In this document: piece after piece, positions 52,707 to 64,000 of the stretch
How the letters are laid out: each line of letters opens with the position of its first letter
How positions within the stretch are numbered: the first letter of the stretch is position 1
Source of the DNA: Octopus sinensis
Taxonomy: Eukaryota
DNA length: 64,000 nucleotides
Assembly (NCBI RefSeq): GCF_006345805.1
Contig: NC_043001.1
Location: forward strand, 112,468,001-112,532,000
Reading direction: 5' to 3'
Notes under the pieces: generated by a model
The model's input: only the letters and a program-made list of their open reading frames with translations
The model's database searches: none
Told to the model about the DNA's origin: nothing
Position numbers and translations under genes: made by a program

Positions 52707-53279
52707 AGATTTTCTAAAGAAATTATAGCTACCATTGATTTGTTATGGCGTCGTAACAAATCAGTTGGACGGGATTATTATGAAGAACGTGCACTTTAAG
52801 AGTTGCTAAGTGGGAGCGTCTTATATTAAAAACATCTTACTTTGTAGAGAACAACATAAAATCTAGGTTAAGCGTAAATTAGTAATCTCTGATAATATGC
52901 TTATATTTTTATTTATATTATGAGCATGACATCAGTTAATATCATGGACAGGACACCAATAGTAAGCTGTATTGATTCTGTCTATTACTTAACCGTTAAT
53001 TTGATAACTGTCATTTCGAAGCTATCGATATAATAACTTTTGAGAAATCCTCCATTCATTTTATTCTAGCTTCTGCAACATATATATATTTGTTCTTTAG
53101 GTCCATGTTCACGATACCTAGACATTTACTTTTGGCCTATTTATCCTCCTTGCTTGGTGAATTATATTTTATCATACGACATCGCATTGTAACCAGATTT
53201 AGAGCATATTCAAGTCACTTATATCTTTATCCTTTATACCTGATATTACTGATATTACTGTATGCTTAAACTATTTGTA

Positions 53280-53294
53280 TATTTATTATTATTA

Positions 53295-53331
<37 letters not shown>

Positions 53332-53415
53332 CATCATCATCATTATTATTATTATTGCTGTTGTTGTTGTTGTTATTATTACCATTATTATTATTATTGT
53401 TATTGTTATTATTAC

Positions 53416-53465
<50 letters not shown>
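53280..53465. repeat. (ATT)n array
   Basis: Directly visible. Confidence 0.95.
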
Positions 53466-53466
<1 letters not shown>

Positions 53467-53655
53467 GGCGGTGAACTGGCATGCTCGTTAGCACGCTGGA
53501 CGGAATGCTTGGTGATATTTGGCCCGTCTTTACATTCTGAGTTCAAATTCAGGGTCGATAAACTAAGTACCAGAGAAACACTGGTGTCGATGTAATCGAC
53601 TAGTCCCCTACCTCACCCCAAATTTCAAGACTTGTGCCTTCAGTAGTAAGGATAT
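53465..53655 (+). mobile_element. Older SINE C-related copy with central deletion
   Basis: aaggcggtgaactggca...gagttcaaattc|agggtcgataaactaagtaccag. Confidence 0.75.
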
Positions 53656-53665
53656 TATTATTCAT

Positions 53666-53958
53666 AAACACACAACAGATTAGACTGTTGGAAAAGAAAA
53701 ATTCCCAGCATTGGGCTACAGTAAGTAACCTTAGATGCCAAGACTCCCCCTAAATATCCTAGCTATCCCTCATAACACCGCTTTCTGGAGCTGTACTAAA
53801 GTGGGTTTTATGCCCATTTCTTTTATCCATTTGTTCAATTGTTTAGGGATAGTTCCTAACGCACCTGTAACTACTGGGATACATTTTACCCTCACGTTCT
53901 ATAGTCCCTGTAATTCAATGGTTATGCCCTGGTACTTTGCTATTTTCTCTGTCTCTCA
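53666..53958 (-). mobile_element. R4/Dong-clade LINE 3' end
   Basis: Minus-strand ETEKIAKYQGITIELQGL*NVRVKCIPVVTGALGTIPKQLNKWIKEMGI...LQKAVL*GIARIFR; tail abuts (AAT)n. Confidence 0.85.
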
Positions 53959-53981
53959 TATTATTATTACATATGTATATG

Positions 53982-54645
53982 AAGCCGACATGCTGGCAAA
54001 AACGTTAACCCGCTGGACGACATGCTTAGCAGTATTTCGTTCGTCATTATGTTCTGAGTTCAAATTCCGCCGAGGTCAACTTTGCCTTTCATCCTTTCGG
54101 GGTCGATAATTTAAGTACCAGAGAAACACCGGAGTCGATGTAATCTGTTTCTTTATTGCCCACAGGGGGCTAAACATAGAGGGGACAAACAAGGACAGAC
54201 AAAGGGATTAAGTCAATTATATCGACCCAGTGCGTAACTGGTACTTATTTAATCGACTCCGAAAGGATGAGAGGCAAAGTCGACCTCGGCGGAATTTGAA
54301 CTCAGAATGTAACGGCAGGCGAAATACCTATTTCTTTACAACCCACAAGGGGCTAAACACAGAGAGGGCAAACAAGGACAGACAAACAGATTAAGTCGAT
54401 TATATCGACCCAGTGCATAACTGGTACTTATTTAATCGACCCCGAAAGGATGAAAGGCAAAGTCGACCTCGGCGGAATTTGAACTCAGAACGTAGCGGCA
54501 GACGAAATACGGCTACACATTTCGCCCGGCGTGCTAACGGTTCTGCCAGCTCGCCGTTAGCGACCAGGGAAACACCGGAGTCTATGTAATCGACCAGTCC
54601 CCTCTGCACCAAATTTCAGGCCTTTTGTTTATAGTAGAAAAGATT
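53982..54645. mobile_element. Older + strand SINE C copy interrupted by a minus-strand SINE C dimer (54147-54558)
   Basis: 29-bp duplication accag(a/g)gaaacaccggagtc(g/t)atgtaatc at 54117-54145 and 54563-54591; dimer junction gaaatacctatttcttt at about 54321-54337. Confidence 0.88.
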
Positions 54646-54654
54646 ATTATTTAT

Positions 54655-55090
54655 GTATGTGTCCTTTCGTTTTCAGACTATACAGTGTATACTTACCTTT
54701 TTTTTTATCATTTCATTATAATCAAAGCTCCACACTTTATGTCTGGCTTTGTATTGTCCCCCTCATGCTTCGCCCTTGTGGCAAATATATGAAATTATTA
54801 TCATTATTAATGATGAAATCATTATTCAATTGAAAAAGGTATTATAAAAGAGAAAGGTGCTCTCTACCCCGCTTTTGACCAGGCTCCCGTGGCTTTTATG
54901 GGTTTTTCATCGTGAGACCTTTTCTTTTTTCGAAGCGTCTCCTCTAATGGGAGTTTTTCGTTGTTATACTGCTTTTTACTCGCTTTTTTTTTTCACAAAC
55001 GGACAAAACCTTTTGTAACCTTTCGTCCTGTTTTTTGTCCCTTTATGTTTTCCAATCATGTATGTCAGCCCTTGTGGCCAATAAAAAGAA
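54655..55090 (+). mobile_element. Two successive Tx1-like LINE 3' terminal fragments (about 54655-54795 and 54845-55090)
   Basis: Ends gtccccctcatgcttcgcccttgtggcaaatatatgaaa and gtcagcccttgtggccaataaaaagaa, each followed by (ATT)n. Confidence 0.6.
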
Positions 55091-56060
<970 letters not shown>

Positions 56061-56899
56061 AGGATTTTTAAGACGCAATAAAGAAATCTACCTTCTCTTT
56101 ATCAACATCGTTATTACTATCATCGTGATAGTCATCATCACCGCCACGTTCACCGTCACTACTCTCTCCATAACCACGACCACCATCGCCGCCGCCACCG
56201 CCACCACCGCCATTCCCTCCGCCACCACGCTGCTACTGCTGCCGTCGCTGCTACTGCTACCACCGCCATCGCCATCGCCGCTGCCGATGCAAGTGCCACC
56301 CCCACCCCGTAGTAGCCGCCGCAGTCGCCATCATCGGAGGTGGCTTCGTGGCTTCCTTGAATTGTTACTTTCACTTTAGCTATTGTTAATATTTTATTGT
56401 TTATTGTTGTTGGTTTAGTCTTGCTGCTATTGTTGTTGTCCGTGGTTCGTTTAATACTGTAAATAAGTCACGTGCTATCCCGGAAGTAAGAAATATAACC
56501 CCAGTAATCTCCTTATCCGATTGAGCCAAACACGGAATTTTTGCCAATGTTCTGGGTAAAAAATATATATTTTAAGTAAGTATCGTCATTATTTGTTTGT
56601 GCATGTGTGAGTGTGAGTACAATACTGTGTGTGAACGTGTATCGACCTGTCGATGTGAATGAGCCAATGTGTATCTGTATGTATATATTTGTGTATGACT
56701 GTCATGGCATTTAGTCTGTGTATGTGTGACCCAGTGTGTGTGTGTGTACTTGTGTGTGTGTGCGTGTGTGTGTTTGTGCTTGCATTTGTGTCTGTTTTGC
56801 AAGGTATTTGTATTAGTGTGGGTGTTTCTTTGCTGGAATGGCTGTTGTGTTCGCAGTCTGCAGTAGAGAATGACAGAAAGAAGCGGAGTAGAAGAGAAA

Positions 56900-57037
56900 G
56901 AGATGATGGTGATGATGATGGTGATGATGATGATGATGATAATGATGATGACGACGACGACGACAACGACGACCACGATAATGATGATAATGATGATGGT
57001 AATGATGATGATGATGATGATGATGATGATGGTGGTA

Positions 57038-57071
<34 letters not shown>

Positions 57072-57502
57072 CGACGACAACGACGATGATGATGATGATG
57101 ATGATGATGATCTTGATCATGATCACCATGATCATGACGACGACGGTGACAATGACGATGTTAAGGGTGATCGTGATCGTTGAAATGATACCGACGACGG
57201 CGTCGGCGACGACCATGACAACAACAACGGATGACGAAGACGAAGACGAAGATAATAATAACGATGATGACAATGATGATGATGGTGATGATCATGATCA
57301 AGACGATCGTATCTACGATCACCATCACCGTCACGGCGACCAAAGACAATGGCAGTGTGATTTTATGCTGATGACGAGCATAATGATGAGCATAAAGAAG
57401 GAGAAAGACAGAGAGAGGTCGATAACAGTTATGCTATTGGTTAATTGATGATGACGACGACGACGACGACGACGACGATGATGATGATGATGGTGATGAT
57501 GA

Positions 57503-57568
<66 letters not shown>

Positions 57569-57722
57569 CCATAGAAAGAACTGCAACTGAAATCGCCATT
57601 ACGCAAACAGCTATCCCAATAATTATGGTAGCACCGTGACGTTATTAACCATTAATGAAACATTTCATTGCTCCTATTGTTGTAGCTGTATGCGAAATTA
57701 TTAATGTTATTTATTATTGTTG

Positions 57723-57765
<43 letters not shown>

Positions 57766-57818
57766 TATCATTATTATTATCATTATTATTATTATTATTA
57801 TTATTATCATTATTATTA

Positions 57819-57867
<49 letters not shown>

Positions 57868-57980
57868 CATTATTATTATTATTGTTATTATTATTATCAT
57901 TATCATTATTATTATTATTACTATTATTATTATTATTATTATTATTATCATTATTATTATTATTATTATTATTGTTATTG

Positions 57981-58032
<52 letters not shown>

Positions 58033-58050
58033 CATTACGGTTGTTGTTGT
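56900..58050. repeat. (GAT/GAC)n arrays (56900-57570) and (ATT)n array (57715-58050)
   Basis: Directly visible. Confidence 0.95.
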
Positions 58051-58697
58051 TATCCAGTAACTATATTTTCTTTCTAGTTTTATTGTTGTTCTAGATCTTT
58101 CTGCTGTTATCATACAACCTTTCAGCTTTCTTCTATTTTGCCGCTATATTCTAACACTCCGTGAATAAGATATCTTCCTTTTCATTTATATATTTCATTA
58201 CGTATTGTTGTTGTTTATTTACTTTACGTTACGATCCTTTGTTTTTGTTTTGTATTTTGTTTTTTTGGGGGTTTTTTTTTTTGTATTTTCATTTCTGAAA
58301 ATATCTAATAACATAAAAATTCGAAAATGATGTAAAAATTGCATCATCATAAAGCCAAAAAAAAAAAGAATGAAATAAAAATAAAAGAATAAACGAATAT
58401 CAATCAAATATAGAAAGTAAATTATTAAACAAAAACAAAAATTAAAAGGCGGGAAGAGAAAGAAACTACAAAAATAAATAGTGAAAGAAAACCTAAAGCC
58501 AACGCTAGCAACTAATGACAATAATGGCGATGATATTGACAACACAAACAATAATTTTCACATCTGTGTTATAAAATAATAAAAATAATGATGATGATGA
58601 TGAGAAGGAGGAGGAGGAGGAGGAGGATGACGACGACGACGACGGAGGCGATGACGATGACGATGATGATGATGATGATGATAAATATGAAATGACT

Positions 58698-58764
<67 letters not shown>

Positions 58765-58814
58765 CAGTAGTGGTAGTAGTGGTAGTAGTGGTAGTGGTAG
58801 TAGTAGTGGTAGTG

Positions 58815-58850
<36 letters not shown>

Positions 58851-58871
58851 ATAATGATGATGATGATGATG

Positions 58872-61395
58872 ATTTCTTTTATTTGCGAAGGATGAGGAGG
58901 GCAATACGAGGCAGACATAAGGTTTTGGGGATTTACATATAACGTAATAAAAAAAAAGAGAAGAGTATACAGGGTCTACATCAAAAGAAGGGTAGTGTAC
59001 ATAGTACGCGACGCTAAGAAATTTTTTAAACCGAGATAGTATTGGGGCCCACTTGATACATGATGACCTCTAGGTATAACTGAGGAACCCCACAATCCTG
59101 GATCACCCTGAATGCCAATGATGAGTCTCCTCTCCAACTCCTTTCCTCCGGCTCACAGGTCTACACTTAGAGTGGTACCATCCACTCTTGCCCTTTTCGC
59201 AACTTTCATCCACCTTTTCACAAATTTACTCGAGGACAGCACTTCCCTCTCCACCTGCACTTTCCTTTTCAAGGGAAACTTGAAAAAGTCGATGAGGTCT
59301 TTAGCAAAGAAGAATGTTTCTGTCATTCCGTTCAGTCCCATCCACCGGATAACCGCAATCTAGCCTCTGAATACGGCTCCGAAAACGGCCGCTTTAAGGA
59401 CGGCTATCACGTAACGTAGCGATGGTCGACCCTATCGAAAGCTTTCGACTGATCTAAATTGATCAGGGGCCCCACCGAAGCCAGCTTCAGTCTCAAACCT
59501 CTCTACGATGTATCACATAAGGTGGAGTTTGTCGTAGATAGAACTGCTCGGAATTGCGCAGATTTGTGCCTCTCCAACCGGACTACCGACGATAAGCGTC
59601 AACCTCTTCGCTAACACCGTGGCAAAAATCTTTAACTCTAGATTTAGCAAAGTTATGAGCTGGAAATTCCCTAGCATGTCCCCATTGTTGGAGTCATTTC
59701 TTATCAACGTTACCACACCCCGGCTAACAGCATTAGAAATTCTCCCGTTCTGCTGCCAGTTACTGTAGACGTCTGCCAAGTGGCTGCCAAACAAATCTGG
59801 CATGAATACATAGAATTCGTAGGGAACACCATCCAGGTCAGGCGATTTGAGAATTGTGCAATCACTCATCGCCTCCCTTATTTCAGAAGTCGTAATCGGC
59901 ATTTCACAGAATCTAGCGTCCGTTACCGAAAGCCGCGATAGGCCGCCCAGGTGCAAAGACAACCTTCGTGTCTTTACCGTTCGGGCCTATCGGACGACTT
60001 TAGTTCCTGTGTTTTAGCGCACAGGCATTATCTCTGACAACGCAACCTTCGTGTTTCGCCCTAAAGAAATGGTCAAGTGCCATTCTCGCCGCTAATGCTC
60101 GTTTGTTTACTAGTTCTCCCTCTAATCTATTTTTTCCTACTGCTAAATCTTTGCTAAATGCTATCGATTCTACCTTAATTGCTCCCTTCAAGGCGATCCA
60201 CCCCCGGTTGTTGACAATTGTCCCCGTCAACTGTCGCTCAACCAGTTCGCTAGTCTCTGTAGTCTTTGTGTGCCGGTAAGGACGCATTCAACTTTCAGTA
60301 ATCGGGTTTCTGTCTACGAGTCGTATCTAAATCGACTGTGCAGATCGCAAATTTGTGATCTACGTAGCCGAACAATTTAAATTGAGAACAACCTATGCTA
60401 TCCCTATCATCTGACCAAACAAATACTCTATCTAAATACGATCTGGATGACTCGTTGTGGATACTCCATGTCCACACTGGCACATCAGGGAAATCCAGTC
60501 GGTACCTGTCAGAAATCTGTAAAGTCCTAAGCGGGTTTTCGAGGCTTTTACACCCACTCCAGCTATCTACTACATCCACTCAGTCCTTCCGTCCATCCAA
60601 AATACTATTTCAGTCCCCCACCAGTATTAAAGTGCGAGACGTTTCCAAGCATGTTTCTAGACGCTGAAGAAATCTCGCTTGCTTACATTGTAAGTTCAGT
60701 TCCATACTTATATCTGACCAGCTGGGGATTAAGAAGTTTTCATTCTTAAAAGTCGTCGCGGCATAACACATAGCTTCTTCTTCAGTCCTAAATCTCACCT
60801 TACTAGTTCCAAACTGCTTTCATCGAGCGATGTGGGTCTTATGTTCCCACACGTGCACCCAAGGCATTTTTGTATTTGGCTCTCAGAAGCATCTTCCACC
60901 CGGCGTAATTTAATTCCGATGCAGCAGTCTTTGACAGTGCATCTTAAAATATTCTCCATCACGTCGGATAATAATGTTCGTCCTTCGGGTTCGAAGATGA
61001 CCATTGACATTATTTGGTGGAATTGCAGCTATGATACCGGAGGTGGCTGGTGAGGCCAATCCGGGCAAAAAAGCCCCTACCACAGGTGGAGCAGAAGTGG
61101 GTAGGGGCTGTGCTATTGGTGCAGGTGGCTCTGGCTTTCCGCATCTGTCATTTCTGTTCTGCTGACTGAATCCGTCTCTCCTCGGCTGTCTTTGCTCCTG
61201 TGGTGATTGCGCTGCGCCAGGATGAGCGGTCGGCAGCAAGTTTCTCCCAAGTCTCTGTGCCGATGGAGAAGTCTTTGAGGGTTTAGGGCTACCCTTCTCC
61301 CATTTCTTTTAACAAATTTCCTAACAACTTTCAAAATCTTTATGTGGATATCTTCCAAATTTCTCGCAGAAATTGCAAAAGAAACCTCCATTGCA
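58872..61395 (-). mobile_element. Decayed, internally deleted L1/Tx1-clade LINE (ORF1 remnant, APE endonuclease, partial RT, C-terminus, 3' UTR)
   Basis: LILVGD*N and TWS...SRSYLDRVFV (APE); KSPDLDGVPYEFY, FQLITLLNLELKIFATVLAKRL, INLDQSKAFDRVDHRY (RT); jumps directly to the C-terminal RWMKVAKRARVDG; many stops and frameshifts; 3' end aaataaaagaaa abuts (ATC)n. Confidence 0.9.
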
Positions 61396-61960
61396 GCGGA
61401 GGCGGTTGTGGCGGCGATGGCAGTGATGATATTTGCGTTCCGAAGTTTCCCTTCGTTAGCACCGTTGTTGATATTGTTGTTGTTGTTGTTGCTGCTGTTG
61501 CCACTGTCGCAGCTGTTGCTGTTATTGTTGTCGTCGTCGTCATCACCGAATGTTTTGACGCTGCTTAGATACGAAACTGTATTCGCTTCGGGGATGCCAT
61601 TAAGTTTAGTCCATGTTACGTCCTTGTTCTGTCTTTCTCTGACAAGAAGCGCGTCCTGTTGTCGAACATTATGATGACTTCTTTATCAGCCATCTTTAAA
61701 CGAATAAAGAAAATGGCAAAATATTTGGTTTTTCCGTTGTTAAAATTAAAAACGTATTGATGCGCACCACCTGCAAAACAAGGGGTTTTTCTAAACAAAA
61801 ATACATTCGACGCAGTCCAGACAATGCCTGAAGTATGATGGTACCAACGAAAATGAAAAACATAGGGTCTTAAAAGGCCGAAAGACTATAAACACTATTA
61901 CAACTTACGGAGCTTGAAGTTACCATGAATCCACAGTATGGAGGTCATAAAAATAATAAT

Positions 61961-62331
61961 AACAAAAGTACTCAGAAAGCGCAAACCTCCGCCAAGGCAA
62001 CACCAACGTCCTCTCAACGATTAGCAGGAGATGATTTTTAAAATGTCTGAAATAATCTCGACTGCTCTCACAAACGAGAATACTAAAAATGAACCCGACC
62101 GCTCTCAAAAATTAAGTAAAGAAAAATGGAAAAATAATCCAGTATCAATGTCCGGTTCCGGATCGATCCCGAAATCTGATGAAGTCGTGCCAGTCACAAG
62201 GTCAAACATTCCTGAAAGTTTCATCTGAATCCATCCAGCGGTTCTTGAGATATCTTGTCCATGGACAAACAAACAAACAAACAAACACGACTGAAAACAA
62301 TACCTCCGCCATCGCTAAGGCGGAGTAAATA
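61961..62331 (-). mobile_element. Helentron-associated non-autonomous element (HINE/DINE-1-like)
   Basis: Minus strand: 5' hairpin ctccgcc-ttagcgat-ggcggag, then (GTTT)n microsatellite, subterminal ggcggagg repeated near the 3' end, then a short stem-loop gcgctttctgagtac and T-rich end. Confidence 0.78.
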
Positions 62332-62358
62332 ATCATTATTATTATTAGTAGTAGTATA

Positions 62359-62766
62359 GGCGCAGGAGTGGCTGTGTGGTAAGTAGCTTGTTTACCAACC
62401 ACATGGTTCCGGGTTCAGTCCCACTGCATGGCACCTTGGGCAAATGTCTTCTACTATAGCCTCGGGCCGACCAAAGCCTTGTGAGTGGATTTGGTAGACG
62501 GAAACTGAAAGAAGCCCGTCGTATATATATATATGTATGTGTGTGTGTGTGTGTATTTGTGTGTCTGTGTTTGTCCCCCTAGCATTGCTTGACAACCGAT
62601 GCTGGTGTGTTTATGTCCCCGTTACCTAGCGGTTCGGCAAAAGAGACCGATAGAATAAGTACTGGGCTTACAAAAGAATAAGTCCCGGGGTCGAGTTGCT
62701 CGATTGAAGGCGGTGCTCCAGCATGGCCGCAGTCAAATGACTGAAACAAGTAAAAGAGTAAAGAGT
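62359..62766 (+). mobile_element. SINE family B, full length
   Basis: ggcgcaggagtggctgtgtgg ... gactgaaacaagtaaaagagtaaagag. Confidence 0.93.
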
Positions 62767-63282
62767 ATACTAATAATAATATCAATAATGATAATAATAA
62801 GAGTAAGAACACCAACAAGAACAAAAAGAAGAAGAATGAATTCAAGTATTGACTGACATAAGACCAGCAATTTTTGGGGGATGGGTAAATCGAATAATTA
62901 ATTATAATAATAGCAATAATGATTATTATTAATTATAATAAAAATAATAATAACAATAATAACGATGACGATGATTGGTTCTTTATTATTAACCACCAAA
63001 TTCTTATAGTAATGGGGACGGCGATGGAGATAATTTAGTTTTTAGAAAACACAACACAACACGCACACATGTACATACACACACTCATATATACATGCTC
63101 ACGCGCACACACAGGAACTTCGAAGTAATATCATTGGTGATTTCTTTGATCATGTGCAATAGCAATGATGTTATTTCTTTGTAGAAAGAAAAATATAGAA
63201 GTTGTTATATTATAACATCGGTAGAAATAATGTTATTGTTACGCAAAACAAGTAATACCACATCTCAGTATCAATCATAAAA

Positions 63283-63830
<548 letters not shown>

Positions 63831-64000
63831 GGGAGACAGGCATGAATTGAATAAAGCAAAGTGGATTGTGAAAAGTGAGAAAGGAAACCAAAACAATGAA
63901 GTAAATAAATTATAAAACAAAACAAAAAAAAACAAACGTAAAAAAGTTAAGCAATAAAAATACAATACATACGTACAGAGATACACACGTACATATATGC

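Noticed and set aside
61616-61775. Possible minus-strand exon after the acceptor-like ccttgttttgcag|gtgg
   Set aside because: The peptide is unrecognisable and ends in a stop; no partner exons; a splice-like motif alone is insufficient.

Overview
Eukaryotic, AT-rich, repeat-saturated intronic/intergenic DNA. The SINE families and microsatellite load resemble, from memory, an octopus (coleoid cephalopod) genome; this was not checked by search. No host protein-coding exon can be supported: almost all ORF-track entries are translations of microsatellites or SINEs. Contents: (1) three abundant tRNA-headed SINE families (labelled A, B, C here) plus modular relatives, many with clear target-site duplications (TSDs); (2) decayed L1/Tx1-clade, R4/Dong-clade and RTE-BovB LINE fragments; (3) a truncated mariner, a Tigger-like MITE, a non-autonomous Helitron and a Helentron/HINE-type element; (4) very long di-, tri- and tetranucleotide arrays and several local duplications. 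The most notable signal is about 10 minimal type I hammerhead-ribozyme motifs of the Penelope-like kind (stem I, CUGANGA, stem II, GAAA, palindromic stem III, NUH). They belong to several unrelated short repeat families embedded in (TA)n tracts. Some show stem covariation between copies, unusually long stem II, or a recurrent non-canonical core, and no Penelope ORF is seen nearby.
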